Shown piece after piece: positions 27,797 to 38,211 of a DNA stretch of 64,000 nucleotides. Under the pieces are notes generated by a model, which saw only the letters and a list, made by a program, of their open reading frames with translations, ran no database searches and was not told the origin of the DNA. Each line of letters opens with the position of its first letter. Within the stretch, counting starts at the first letter, position 1. Location of the stretch: NCBI GenBank assembly GCA_965249575.1, contig OZ252244.1:1376001-1440000 (forward strand), read 5' to 3'. This stretch comes from Gemmatimonadales bacterium (GTDB lineage Bacteria > Gemmatimonadota > Gemmatimonadetes > Gemmatimonadales > GWC2-71-9). The position numbers and the translations under genes are program-made.

Positions 27797-29653
27797 ATGT
27801 CTCGCTCTATGGGATGTTCATTTCCGTATCTGAGCTACGCTAACGAGCGTGCGTGCCTCCCACGACACTCGGCCGTGTCCTGTTTCCTTTTTTCTCTGCT
27901 CTCTCTCTCGTGCTCCGGGCCGCCGGATGAGGAGCTGCCGAGCCTCCAGTACGTAACCACCGCGCGTCAATTCGGGCCGGTTGGGTACCGGGACCCGGTA
28001 GGCGCCGTATCTCCAGACGGAACAAGGCTCGCCTATGCGGTTCAGCGTCATCTCTGGGTTACGCGCGTCGAGGGCGGGCCGCCGAACGAGCTTTCTTACG
28101 GCGACTATCGGATACGGTATCTCACGTGGCTGCCGGACAGTCGGCATGTGGCCGTCTACGAACAGGGAGGCAGGCGGTGGTGGCTGCACGACACTCGAGA
28201 CCACACTCGCAAACCGCTCTGGGCGGATGTCGACAGCCTCCGCGGGACGGACGGCTCCGGCAACGCGGTTGCCGGCCCGGTGAGCCGCGTCCTGCAGCTC
28301 GCCTGGTCGCCGAACGGTGAGTCCGTCGCGGGCGTTGTCCCTGAGAGAGATGGCGCGACGCTCTGGATCGTGAGCGATGATGGTCGAGAGGCGCAGGTCC
28401 ACCGCAGCGACGCGCGGCTCTCGTTCCCGACGTGGACCGGGGCGGGGGATGGCCTGGCCTGCGTAGTGGATACCGAAGACCATCCCCGCATGGCCTCACC
28501 GTGCACCGATGCATCCAACGCGGCGGACGGACCCGAAGCGTACGGCCGCATCGCCTTCGCGGCGGGCGGGCGGCTCTTGTACCACGCCGTGCCGAATGAG
28601 CGTGGAGTGCTCGATCTCTGGTCGCGCGATCTGGCGACCGGCACCAGACGGCGGCTCACCGGTTTCTCGCGCGATGCGTATGCCCCCACCGTTGCCACTG
28701 GTGATGTCGTGCTATTCAAAACACAGATCTATCGTACGCACGTGGCCGGCGTGCTGGCCGACGGTGGCACGACGACGGCCCTGGCGGGTTTTACCTCCGA
28801 GACGCCCTCGTGGGACCCCACCGGGCGGTATATCGGCCTGACGTACGGGAACTGGAGGCGGGTCGTGGACGACGTGGGCTACCCCGACATCGACCAGGAT
28901 GTGGGGATCATCGCGGTCGACTGGGAAACCACCGCGACCGAGCCGGCCCGGATCGTCGAGGCTTCGGAATCCGAAGACCAGTCGATGTTCTGGTCGCCCA
29001 ACGGCAAGTGGATCGCGTTCCACTCCCACCAGCAGCTGTCCGACGATCTGTGGATTCAGCCTGCCGACGGTTCCGCTCCCATTCGACGCATTACACACCT
29101 CGGTCGTGGAGCCGAGGCGGGATGGCCCCGCTGGTCACCCGACGGCCGATGGATCGTGTTTCCCGCTTTGAAGCTCGTTGACGGCGCCCGCCGGAAAGTG
29201 CTCTACCTTGCCGGCGTCGATCAGAACACCGGCCAGGTGACCCAGCCTGAAGAGGTCATTCCACTCCTGGATTTCGCAGGAGACGCGCGGGCCGCTGACT
29301 GGAGCCCCGATAGCGAGCGTCTTGTGGTCCAGGGGTTTGAAGAGCCAGACCAGCACACCCTTTACACCGTCAGACGGACGGGCGGGCGGCTGCAGCGCGT
29401 GCACGCATTCGTCAGCGAGCACCGGATCTCGGGCATCGGCGTATCTCCGGACTGGAGGTGGATCGCGTTCGTCCAGCCCGCCTCCGACGGCTACTTCCAG
29501 ATCTTTCGCGTGCCAATATCTGGGGGCACGCCGGAACAGCTGACGTTCGACCCGGTCAACAAGACCCAGCCGTCCTACTCGCCGGACGGAGGGCGACTCG
29601 CCTTCACCGCCTGGACGTACGAAGCCCAGTTTTGGTTATTGAAGCGGGAATGA
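27797..29653 (+). CDS. PD40/TolB-like double-propeller lipoprotein (start uncertain)
   Basis: LSLSC lipobox; many WSPNG/WSPDG repeats; no peptidase domain. Confidence 0.85.
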   Translation: MSRSMGCSFPYLSYANERACLPRHSAVSCFLFSLLSLSCSGPPDEELPSLQYVTTARQFGPVGYRDPVGAVSPDGTRLAYAVQRHLWVTRVEGGPPNELSYGDYRIRYLTWLPDSRHVAVYEQGGRRWWLHDTRDHTRKPLWADVDSLRGTDGSGNAVAGPVSRVLQLAWSPNGESVAGVVPERDGATLWIVSDDGREAQVHRSDARLSFPTWTGAGDGLACVVDTEDHPRMASPCTDASNAADGPEAYGRIAFAAGGRLLYHAVPNERGVLDLWSRDLATGTRRRLTGFSRDAYAPTVATGDVVLFKTQIYRTHVAGVLADGGTTTALAGFTSETPSWDPTGRYIGLTYGNWRRVVDDVGYPDIDQDVGIIAVDWETTATEPARIVEASESEDQSMFWSPNGKWIAFHSHQQLSDDLWIQPADGSAPIRRITHLGRGAEAGWPRWSPDGRWIVFPALKLVDGARRKVLYLAGVDQNTGQVTQPEEVIPLLDFAGDARAADWSPDSERLVVQGFEEPDQHTLYTVRRTGGRLQRVHAFVSEHRISGIGVSPDWRWIAFVQPASDGYFQIFRVPISGGTPEQLTFDPVNKTQPSYSPDGGRLAFTAWTYEAQFWLLKRE

Positions 29654-29686
29654 ACGTCAAAACGTCCACTCGCCACTCGAAATTCT

Positions 29687-31069
29687 TCAGTCCCTAACCC
29701 TCGCCGCACCATCCGGGCCATTGTCCCAGTCCTGCTCGCTCGACGCGTTTGGCATCCCCCATTGGTGCCCGTTCCAGCCGTCGAAGCCGTCCATCTTGAA
29801 CGCCCAGAACCCCGTGGTGAGATCGGCCGCGACGATCAGGCCGTCGGCGTTCCGAATGTCGACCCCGAACACTCCCTCACATACTCCGGTCGGCGGGCAC
29901 AGTCCCGTCGCGTGCGGGCCGTCGAAGGTGTCGTAGAAGCCTACCGTGTAGGGATTGGTCGGATCCATCATGTTGAACACCTGTAACCCGTCCTCGTAGC
30001 CCGCCGAGAAAACGTAAGGCCAGCGGACCTCGTGGTTATGCGTGAGGTTCCGCCAGTTGGGGGACCACGCGCCGATGGGGCGTGAGATCGTCTGTACCTC
30101 GCCGTCCAGACCCGGCTTCAGGTCGAACAGCCGGAGCGGCGCATATTGGTACTCGGTCTCGGTCACCCCGTACCGGCCGTTCGGGTCCGGCGTGAGTGTG
30201 TGGCCCTGCGTCACGCCGGCAACGCCCGTGATCGAAGTGAGGAGCTTCGGGTCGGACAGCTCGGAGATATCGAACACGTAGTATCCGCCCGTCCCCGACG
30301 CGTAGAGACGATCCTGGCGGGACGCCGGGTGATAGGCCACGTAGAAATCGTGGTAGTTGATCCTCCGCCCAGTCGCGGTTTCCGGAACCCCGATCTTAGC
30401 GGCGGGCGTGCGGTCACCGCTCAGAAACCGCTCCATATCGTAGATCTTGGCGTACGGCGCGGACTGCGTAGTGAAGAGCAGTACCCGTCCGTCGGAGTGC
30501 TTATAGGCGAAGATGTTGTGGGAGCCGCCCGGGACCTCGGGAGACCGTATCCTCGCGACCTCGCGCACGGCCGACGTGTCGGGTAGCCCGGTCACATCGA
30601 AGACGACGGCGTCGAGGTCGTTGTCCGGGCCGCCGGCCTGAAACTGCAGCGACTGAACGAAATAGTACCGGCCGTTGAGCTTGAAGTACTTCCCGTCGCG
30701 GCCGCCCGAACCCCGATGCAGCTCGGGATTCTCGATCAACCAGCGATAGATGAGCTTCGCGTTCTTGGGATCTTTGACGCTGATGATGTCGACGCCGGTC
30801 CTCTCGTAACGCTTGGACACGTACACGAACGGCCGCGATAGCTCCGCCTCGATCTCGATGTCGGAAACCTTCACGTTCCCGCCGATGGGGATGTGCGACA
30901 TGAGCCGGATGTTCTGGCTGAAATGTTCACCGGGCGCGGGATGAACCGTCGGTGGCTTGCCGGTCGGGATCCGGTGGGGGCCCGGGAGCTGGGCCCGCGC
31001 CGTTGACAGCGGGAGAAACATGAAAACCGTTACGGCGAGCAGAAACGGCAAACGATAGGCTACGCGCAT
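29687..31069 (-). CDS. Exported LVIVD-repeat/choice-of-anchor-B-like propeller protein (paralog 2)
   Basis: Signal ending ARA-Q; colinear similarity to 18476..19867, including YKHSDGRVLLF, TEYQY, HNHEVRWPY and the C-terminal tail. Confidence 0.87.
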   Translation of the reverse strand: MRVAYRLPFLLAVTVFMFLPLSTARAQLPGPHRIPTGKPPTVHPAPGEHFSQNIRLMSHIPIGGNVKVSDIEIEAELSRPFVYVSKRYERTGVDIISVKDPKNAKLIYRWLIENPELHRGSGGRDGKYFKLNGRYYFVQSLQFQAGGPDNDLDAVVFDVTGLPDTSAVREVARIRSPEVPGGSHNIFAYKHSDGRVLLFTTQSAPYAKIYDMERFLSGDRTPAAKIGVPETATGRRINYHDFYVAYHPASRQDRLYASGTGGYYVFDISELSDPKLLTSITGVAGVTQGHTLTPDPNGRYGVTETEYQYAPLRLFDLKPGLDGEVQTISRPIGAWSPNWRNLTHNHEVRWPYVFSAGYEDGLQVFNMMDPTNPYTVGFYDTFDGPHATGLCPPTGVCEGVFGVDIRNADGLIVAADLTTGFWAFKMDGFDGWNGHQWGMPNASSEQDWDNGPDGAARVRD

Positions 31070-31167
31070 GGTAATTGTCCTCAAACTGAAGTCGAAATCC
31101 CTAGGTGGGAGCGCACCAGGCAGCGCGAGAGCTTGTACAGTCACACTCCAAGGCGCCGTATCGATCC

Positions 31168-32055
31168 CTACTCTATGTCCATTGTCACGTCGGCCGCAAC
31201 CACGCTGTGCGTGAGGGATCCAACGGACACGAAGTCCGCCCCGGCCACGGCGTAGTCGCGGATCGTGGCGAGGGTGATGCCACCGGTCGCTTCGATCTCG
31301 ATATCCGGGACCAACTCACGCGCAATCCTAGCCCACCGCCGAAAGACCTCCACCGGCTGGTTGTCCAACAGGAGCCGCGTAGCGCCCGCGCCGCAGGCCG
31401 CCCGCAACTGAATTTCGCTTTCGACCTCCACGTAGATGTCCTGCACGCCGCGCCCCCGAGCCACCTCACACGCCCGGATGAGATCACCGTCCCCGGCGAG
31501 GGCACGCCAGTGGTTGTCTTTGACCAGCACCGTGTCGCCGAGGGTGGTCCGGTGCATACCACCCCCACCGGCCGCCACCGACCGCACGTCGAGCCCTCGC
31601 AGACCCGGCGCCGTTTTGCGGGTGTGCAATACGATACAACGCGTCGACTGCACGGCCCGCACGTACTCGCGAGTGGCCGTGGCAATTCCACAGGCGCGCT
31701 GGAGGACGTTGAGAAGCGGGCGCTCGGCTCGGAGCACTCGCGCGAGGTCGCCGTGTACGCGCCCGATCTCGTCTCCGGCTCTTGCGTCGGCTCCGTCAGG
31801 CAAAGCCCATTTCGCATGGCACCCACACAGACGCGCGATCTCACCAGCGTAGGCAGTTCCTGCTACCACAGCAGCCGACCGCAACCGGATCGAGCCGATC
31901 GCCGTGACGCCGTCTGCCAGGATGATTTCGCTGGTTACATCGATGCTGCCGTCTTCGGCAAGGGCGGCTTCCGCCACGCGCCGGGCGTCAGCAGAGAGGT
32001 CGGAGTCGCCAACGGACGCCTTCGTGGGAATGGACACCCCACTACCCAATGGCAA
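31168..32055 (-). CDS. nadC: Nicotinate-nucleotide pyrophosphorylase (carboxylating)
   Basis: ALAED, AER..LN, TRKTAPG, HR, KDNH, VEVE, LLDN, EATGG and SVGSLTH motifs. Confidence 0.95.
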   Translation of the reverse strand: MPLGSGVSIPTKASVGDSDLSADARRVAEAALAEDGSIDVTSEIILADGVTAIGSIRLRSAAVVAGTAYAGEIARLCGCHAKWALPDGADARAGDEIGRVHGDLARVLRAERPLLNVLQRACGIATATREYVRAVQSTRCIVLHTRKTAPGLRGLDVRSVAAGGGGMHRTTLGDTVLVKDNHWRALAGDGDLIRACEVARGRGVQDIYVEVESEIQLRAACGAGATRLLLDNQPVEVFRRWARIARELVPDIEIEATGGITLATIRDYAVAGADFVSVGSLTHSVVAADVTMDIE

Positions 32056-33034
32056 CCATTCGGTTCAGCGCGGCGCGCGCACGCTCGGCCACCTCCGGCA
32101 CAACGGAAATGACGTATTGATCGTGGAGCAATGAATCACGTACGCCCTCGAGGGTGATGGTCTTCATGAAGGCGCAGACGGCCTCGGAATCGGCGGGAAC
32201 GAATTCTTTCTCAGGCGCGACTTTCCGCATCCGGTGGAGAATACCAGTCTCGGTCGCGACGATGAACGTAGAAGCCGAGCTCTCTTTCGCGACACGCACC
32301 ATCCCCTCCGTCGACGCGATGTGCAGCCGGTCCGGATCGACGTCGCCCGTGCCAACCCCGTAAATGAGCTGGCCTGCGCACCCGCATTCGGGGTGCACCA
32401 GTACTTCGGCATCCGGCAATTCGCTCCGGCGCTCGTTGACCCGCACCGCGTTGATGTTCTTGTGAACGTGACACTCGCCCATCCATACCTCGATGCGCCG
32501 GTCCGGACGCAACCGTTTGATGTGCGCTCCGAGGAAGAAGTCCGGCAGGAAGAGAATGCCGCGGGCGGCTGGGATGGCGTCGACCACGGAAACGGCGTTG
32601 CCACTTGTGCAGCAATAATCCAGTTCTGCCTTGACCTCGGCCGTCGTGTTGACGTACCCGACCGCGACATAGTCGGGAAACTCCGTCCGCCACCGGCGAA
32701 CGTCCTCGGCCGTGATCGACGCGGCCAGCGAGCACCCGGCGCGCAGGTCCGGGAGCAGTACGCGTTTTTGGGGAGAGAGCATAGCGGCCGTTTCAGCCAT
32801 GAAGTGCACGCCGCAAAAGACGATCACGTCCGCTTCCGTCCCCGCCGCCTGCCGCGACAAGCCCAACGAATCGCCCACATAGTCGGCGACGTCTTGCACC
32901 TCGGGTCGCTGGTAATTGTGGGCCAGCAAAACGGCGGCACGCTGACGGGCCAGTGCGCGAATTTCTTCCTGCAACGCCGCCACCCGCTCGGGCGTCGACG
33001 TGTCGATCTCTAGTACCGGTACCGGTATCGCCAT
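32042..33034 (-). CDS. nadA: Quinolinate synthase
   Basis: AHNYQ, GDSL, CGVHFMAE, AGCSLA, GECHVH, HPEC and CAFMK motifs. Confidence 0.97.
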   Translation of the reverse strand: MAIPVPVLEIDTSTPERVAALQEEIRALARQRAAVLLAHNYQRPEVQDVADYVGDSLGLSRQAAGTEADVIVFCGVHFMAETAAMLSPQKRVLLPDLRAGCSLAASITAEDVRRWRTEFPDYVAVGYVNTTAEVKAELDYCCTSGNAVSVVDAIPAARGILFLPDFFLGAHIKRLRPDRRIEVWMGECHVHKNINAVRVNERRSELPDAEVLVHPECGCAGQLIYGVGTGDVDPDRLHIASTEGMVRVAKESSASTFIVATETGILHRMRKVAPEKEFVPADSEAVCAFMKTITLEGVRDSLLHDQYVISVVPEVAERARAALNRMVAIG

Positions 33035-33308
33035 GTTTTCTCACTCGTTCTACGGGCATCGGACCAAGCCCGGCCCGATACTCACCCTACGGTCGCATCC
33101 CCCAACTTGCCAGGTCACTCTTGTCGGGGCTAGCAACTAAAGATAACCGGTTTCCCACCGCCACGGCCTGCCGGTGCGACGAAAACGGCCTCGACAATTT
33201 GGCCGTTGGGCCCGCCCGCTGCACCAATCACGCCACTCTGCGCTCTACACCCCCATGATACCCCACTGGGGTTACATTTAGCCCTGTGGCTCGCCCCTTG
33301 CGGAGAAC

Positions 33309-34568
33309 ATGACGACAGAAACGACCGACATCCAGATCACGGCCGCCGGCGAGGAGCCGGGGGCCCGGAGCCTGCGCGTCGAGATCCCGGTGGACCGAGT
33401 GCGTGCTGCAGAACGGTTGGCCGCCTCGCACTTCGCAAAGCGGGGGAAGCTGCCGGGGTTCCGGCCCGGAAAGGCGCCGCTGGAGGTAGTGAGAAAGCGG
33501 TACGGGGACGCAATCAGAGAGCGCGTGGTCCGCGAGCTAGTGCGGGAGAGTTGGAGCTCCGCGCTCGAGCAGGAAAGCCTCGAGCCGCTTGCCGAGCCGC
33601 ACGTACACCATTTGAAGTTCGAGGAGGGGTCGCCGGTCACCTTCGAGTTCCACGTCGAGGTCAAGCCGGACATCCGTCTCGAGCGCTTGGGCGGCTTCAC
33701 GCTGGAGCGCCGCCCGGTCAGCGTTCCCGAGGAGGCGGTGGATGCGCAGATCGAGCACTTGCGAACGCAGAAGGCTCCTTGGGTGCCGGTGCAGTCGGGG
33801 AAGCCGGTCCCCGGGCAGTTGATTCAGGTGAGCATCGCCCCTATTAAGGAAGGGAAGGCGGCCGACGCCCAGCCGCGTCAGTTCGTGCTCGGCGGTGGGG
33901 AGGCGCTCCCCGCTCTCGAGGAGCGGATCCTGCAGCTGTCGGTGGGCGAGACGGATGATGCAGAGATCCGATTCCCCGACGACTTCCCGGACGAGGCCAA
34001 GCGCGGCACCAGTGCGCCGTTCCGAATCACGCTACACGAGGTCAAGCGGCAGGATTTGCCGGAACTCGATGACGCGTTTGCGCGCGAGTTGGGTGATTTC
34101 GATTCCTTCGCTGCGCTGCGGACGGCCGTCCAGACGGACCTCGAGCGGGACGCGGCCCGGGAAGCCGACGCAGACGTGCGGCGCCAAATGATCGAGCAGA
34201 TTGTGGCGGCGAACAACATCGTGGCGCCGCGGCCCATGGTCGAACGGATCCTCGGGGCATACGCGCAGGCGTACAAAGTGACCGACGACCAGGTCGAACG
34301 GTTCCGGACGGAGTTCGCCCCCATCGCCGAGGCGCAGGTCAAGCGGGACCTCGTGGTGAGCGAGATTATCGAGCAGCAGAAAATTTCGGCTACGGACGAG
34401 GAAATCCGAAAACAGGTCGCAGAGGCTGCGGCGCGGCGAAACCTGGATCCCGAGCAGCTCTACGCAACCCTCGAAAAGAACAACCGGCTGGGCGAGATCG
34501 CCCGGAACATTACCGAAGAGAAGGTGTTTACCCATCTTCTCGAGCAATCAACCGTGACCGGTACCTGA
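33309..34568 (+). CDS. tig: Trigger factor
   Basis: PGFRPGKAP signature; FKBP-like middle domain; upstream of clpP-clpX. Confidence 0.96.
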   Translation: MTTETTDIQITAAGEEPGARSLRVEIPVDRVRAAERLAASHFAKRGKLPGFRPGKAPLEVVRKRYGDAIRERVVRELVRESWSSALEQESLEPLAEPHVHHLKFEEGSPVTFEFHVEVKPDIRLERLGGFTLERRPVSVPEEAVDAQIEHLRTQKAPWVPVQSGKPVPGQLIQVSIAPIKEGKAADAQPRQFVLGGGEALPALEERILQLSVGETDDAEIRFPDDFPDEAKRGTSAPFRITLHEVKRQDLPELDDAFARELGDFDSFAALRTAVQTDLERDAAREADADVRRQMIEQIVAANNIVAPRPMVERILGAYAQAYKVTDDQVERFRTEFAPIAEAQVKRDLVVSEIIEQQKISATDEEIRKQVAEAAARRNLDPEQLYATLEKNNRLGEIARNITEEKVFTHLLEQSTVTGT

Positions 34569-34571
34569 GCT

Positions 34572-35186
34572 ATGGCGACTCTCTATCCTCCCTATATCAT
34601 CGAGCGATCGAGTCGTGGCGAACGGAGCTACGACGTTTTTTCCCGACTCCTCATGGACCGGATCGTCTTCCTCGGCGCTCCGATCAATGATGACGTCGCC
34701 AATATCATCATCGCACAGCTGCTCTTCCTCGAGGCAGACAACCCCGAGCGGGACATCTACCTGTACATCAACTCGCCAGGGGGCGTGATCTCGAGCGGCA
34801 TGGCGATCTACGACACGCTCCAGTTCCTCCGGGCGCCGGTCAATACGATCTGCATGGGCATGGCGGCCTCGATGGGGTCGTTCCTCCTTTCGGCCGGCAC
34901 CAAGGGCAAGCGGGCGGCGCTGCCGCATGCCCGGATCATGATGCACCAGCCCTCCGGCGGCGTGCAGGGAACCGCGGCCGACATCGAGATCCAGGCGCGG
35001 GAAATCCTGTATCTCAGACAAAAGCTCAACGAGCTTTACAGCCAGCACACCGGCCAGCCGGTAGAGCAGATCGAGAAGGACATGGATCGGGACCGGTTTA
35101 TGTCGGCTGAAGAAGCGGTTGGCTACGGGATCATCGACCGCGTTATTCAGCAACGCATGCACCTCGATGGGAGCAAAACGACTTGA
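34572..35186 (+). CDS. clpP: ATP-dependent Clp protease proteolytic subunit
   Basis: YINSPGG, AASMG and IMMHQP motifs. Confidence 0.98.
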   Translation: MATLYPPYIIERSSRGERSYDVFSRLLMDRIVFLGAPINDDVANIIIAQLLFLEADNPERDIYLYINSPGGVISSGMAIYDTLQFLRAPVNTICMGMAASMGSFLLSAGTKGKRAALPHARIMMHQPSGGVQGTAADIEIQAREILYLRQKLNELYSQHTGQPVEQIEKDMDRDRFMSAEEAVGYGIIDRVIQQRMHLDGSKTT

Positions 35187-35236
35187 CGGTCACCAGGCCC
35201 GGGGCCATACTAGGTCCTCCCAAACGCCACTAGCCG

Positions 35237-36487
35237 ATGCCACACGATAAGCACCTGCGCTGCTCTTTCTGCGGAAAGTCCAAGGACTCGGTACGGAAGT
35301 TCATTTCCGGACCATCCGTATACATCTGTAATGAGTGCATCGCGCTCTGTAACGAGATCCTCGCAGAAGACGAAGAGCGGGAGGTTGCCGAGGCGATCAC
35401 GCAGGTCCCGACACCCGCCGAGATCAAAGAGGTGCTCGACCAGTACGTCATCGGCCAGGAACGCGCGAAGCGGACCCTGGCCGTCGCGCTCTACAGTCAC
35501 TACAAGCGCACGAACTCGCAGCCGGCTCGTGAAGGAGACGTCGAGCTCGAGAAATCGAACATCATGCTGTTGGGCCCGACCGGAGTCGGCAAAACGCTGC
35601 TCGCGCAGACGCTTGCGCGGATCCTCGACGTCCCCTTCACGATCGCCGACGCCACAACGCTCACGGAGGCCGGTTACGTCGGCGAAGACGTCGAGAACAT
35701 CCTCGTTCGGCTGCTTCAAGCCGGCGACTTCAACGTGAGCGAGTGCGAGCACGGTATCGTCTACATCGACGAGATCGACAAAGTCGCACGGAAGAGCGAG
35801 AACCCGTCCATTACCCGGGACGTTTCTGGAGAAGGCGTCCAGCAGGCACTCCTCAAGATTCTGGAGGGGACGGTGGCCTCGGTGCCACCCCAGGGGGGCC
35901 GGAAGCATCCACAACAGGAGTACATTCAGATCAACACGAAGGACATCCTGTTCATCTGTGGGGGAGCGTTCGACGGGCTGGACAAGATCATCGAATCTCG
36001 AACCGGCCGCCGCCAGATCGGCTTCACGAAAGAAGAGGTCGAGGCCGGCAAAGCTGACGACTTCGACCAGAACCCGTTTCACCACGTAGAGCCGGATGAC
36101 CTCCTTCGCTACGGACTCATTCCGGAGTTGATCGGGCGACTTCCGGTCGCGGTGTCGCTCGATTCGCTGGATGCAGACGACCTCATTCGCATCCTCCTCG
36201 AACCCAAAAACGCGCTCACGAAGCAGTACCGGAAGCTCTTCGAGTTCGAAAACGTGCGTCTCACCTTTGATGCCGAGGCCCTTGGCGAGGTCGCTCGACA
36301 GGCCATCGAGCGCGGCACCGGCGCGCGGGGGCTCCGGGCGATCCTCGAAGAGGTCATGACCGACATCATGTTCGACCTCCCCAGCCGCGACGACGTGCGC
36401 GAAGTGGTTCTAACCAAGGAATCGATTGCCCACGGGCGTCCCCCACTGCTCGTAACCGAGCGGCCGCGAGCCAAGAAAGAAGCCTGA
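35237..36487 (+). CDS. clpX: ATP-dependent Clp protease ATP-binding subunit
   Basis: CSFC...CNEC zinc finger; [20 protein letters not shown] and GARGLR motifs. Confidence 0.98.
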   Translation: MPHDKHLRCSFCGKSKDSVRKFISGPSVYICNECIALCNEILAEDEEREVAEAITQVPTPAEIKEVLDQYVIGQERAKRTLAVALYSHYKRTNSQPAREGDVELEKSNIMLLGPTGVGKTLLAQTLARILDVPFTIADATTLTEAGYVGEDVENILVRLLQAGDFNVSECEHGIVYIDEIDKVARKSENPSITRDVSGEGVQQALLKILEGTVASVPPQGGRKHPQQEYIQINTKDILFICGGAFDGLDKIIESRTGRRQIGFTKEEVEAGKADDFDQNPFHHVEPDDLLRYGLIPELIGRLPVAVSLDSLDADDLIRILLEPKNALTKQYRKLFEFENVRLTFDAEALGEVARQAIERGTGARGLRAILEEVMTDIMFDLPSRDDVREVVLTKESIAHGRPPLLVTERPRAKKEA

Positions 36488-37077
36488 CCGAGGCGAGCTT
36501 CGTCGGCAGCTTCCCAGCCGCCGATTTCCGTATTCAGCCCAGACTCCCAGAGGTGGCGTTACTCGGCAGATCCAACGTCGGGAAGTCGTCTCTTATCAAC
36601 GCGTTGACGCGGCGGCGCGGTCTCGCCCGAACCAGCAAGACGCCCGGTAAGACGCGGGCCTGCAACGTGTTCGACATCGGTGGGAGGTATTACCTCGTCG
36701 ACCTGCCAGGATACGGTTTCGCCCGTGCGTCCCACGTCGAGCGTGCGGGGTTCGCCCGCCTACTCGAAGCCTACCTCTCGCGGCGGGAATCGGTGACGGG
36801 CGTGGTATGGCTCGTCGACGCCCGCCGGGACCCATCGGCCCTGGATCTCGAGCTAGGGGAACGGTTGGAAGGCAGCGGCATACCAACCTTAGTGGCAATC
36901 ACCAAAGTCGATAAGTTGAAACGATCCGAGCGCTTGCCACGGGTGCGAACCATCTTGGGGGGATTGAAGGTGCCGGAGGATCAATACGCGCTGACGAGTG
37001 CGAAGACGGGCGAAGGAATCGACGATCTCCGAGACGCGATCTTCGGGTTTGCCGTACAGCGTACTGGGGAACACTGA
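36484..37077 (+). CDS. engB: Ribosome biogenesis GTPase EngB/YihA/YsxC; probable CTG start
   Basis: [22 protein letters not shown] and TKVD motifs. The conserved N-terminus (EASFVGS...LPEVA) lies upstream of the first canonical start at 36553. Confidence 0.93.
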   Translation: MTEASFVGSFPAADFRIQPRLPEVALLGRSNVGKSSLINALTRRRGLARTSKTPGKTRACNVFDIGGRYYLVDLPGYGFARASHVERAGFARLLEAYLSRRESVTGVVWLVDARRDPSALDLELGERLEGSGIPTLVAITKVDKLKRSERLPRVRTILGGLKVPEDQYALTSAKTGEGIDDLRDAIFGFAVQRTGEH

Positions 37078-37721
37078 TGAACCATCGAGGCCGCTACCGC
37101 GCTGTGTGCGCGGTGTGGATCGCCATTACCGCGAGCACATCGGCGCCAGGGGCCGCTCAGGCGCCGGGCGGAGGCGCGGCTGTCCTCACCGACACGCTCC
37201 CGCCTTCTGGTTTCGGAACCCTTCGCCGGGAGAACATCAGCGTCCGTCTCGAGACCGCGACGTTGCAGCTGACCGTGTTCCCGCTAGACGAGGGCGTCAT
37301 ACGCCTGCTCGCTCGCGATTCGTTCGAATCACTGCACCGGCTGAGGGTCTCCAAGGCTCAGGAAATCGCCGACGCGGCTGCAGCGCACGGCATTCGCGAG
37401 CCCACGCTGTTCGTCGTAACGTTTTTCGGACTTCAGGACCAGGCGAGGTTTCGGCCCGAGGAAGTCAACATCACCAACCAAAACCGGTTTTTCCGCCCCC
37501 TCGCCGTGCTTCCCCTCTCGCCCCTGTGGGGCGACCTCCGCGTCAACCAGCGGGAGACCGTGACCGCTGTGTTCCTCTACGAGAACAGCGTCGACCTGCT
37601 GGAACCACTCACCGTTTCCTACGAGGGGACCTCTAGCGACCGGTGGTCGAGCGTGCTGCGTGTGATGGAGCGGGAGCGGTCGCGCGTCTTTTCGCGGGCG
37701 TCTGGAGGCGAACGCCCGTAA
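37077..37721 (+). CDS. Hypothetical exported protein
   Basis: Start overlaps the engB stop; leader ending AQA; GFGTLR, PLDE and LARDS motifs. Confidence 0.75.
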   Translation: MNHRGRYRAVCAVWIAITASTSAPGAAQAPGGGAAVLTDTLPPSGFGTLRRENISVRLETATLQLTVFPLDEGVIRLLARDSFESLHRLRVSKAQEIADAAAAHGIREPTLFVVTFFGLQDQARFRPEEVNITNQNRFFRPLAVLPLSPLWGDLRVNQRETVTAVFLYENSVDLLEPLTVSYEGTSSDRWSSVLRVMERERSRVFSRASGGERP

Positions 37722-38211
37722 CGGACTCCGGCTCCGTGCCGAAGTCCACGAGCCCCCCCCTGATTTCGCGCACCTCTCTCTTCGCCGGCCGCTTCTCCCC
37801 ACCGATTATGAGATAGTGCAGCCCGAATCCGAGTGCGTAGATCGACCCCAGAACGATGTGAGCAATCGCCATTGACTGCAGCCACCCCCGGTGGGTCAGT
37901 ACCTGGATGAGGTAGCCCGTCACGACCATCGGCCCGATCAGCAGCGTAATAGCCACCCCGCTCCGGCGGCCCCGAAGCGTCCCCAGCGCATAGTGCCGGC
38001 TGACGTGCTGCGCCACGAACAGACCAAGCGCAAAGAGAAGAATGGGCACCACAACGATGTGCGCCTTGAGAAACCACGGCTCGAGCGGGTGGTTGATCGC
38101 TGCCCAGGGATCATCCGCACGGACGAGGTACTTCGCCCAAAAATATCCCGCGCCAGTCAGCGTCGTGGCCACTGTGCTCGAGACGAGGAGCCGACTCGTG
38201 AATCGGTTCAC
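37633..38211 (-). CDS. Four-TM membrane protein with multiple His (cytochrome b-like)
   Basis: GTGA overlap with the FMN-binding gene; His in LKAHI, AQHV, IAHIV and GLHY. The 3' end overlaps the convergent gene, so the stop position is uncertain. Confidence 0.7.
   Translation of the reverse strand: MNRFTSRLLVSSTVATTLTGAGYFWAKYLVRADDPWAAINHPLEPWFLKAHIVVVPILLFALGLFVAQHVSRHYALGTLRGRRSGVAITLLIGPMVVTGYLIQVLTHRGWLQSMAIAHIVLGSIYALGFGLHYLIIGGEKRPAKREVREIRGGLVDFGTEPESVTGVRLQTPAKRRATAPAPSHAARSTTGR

Noticed and set aside
19740..29820. Diversity-generating retroelement template/variable pair or invertible segment between the LVIVD paralog tails
   Set aside because: Differences are mostly synonymous and not adenine-specific, both copies are coding, and no reverse transcriptase or invertase is present.
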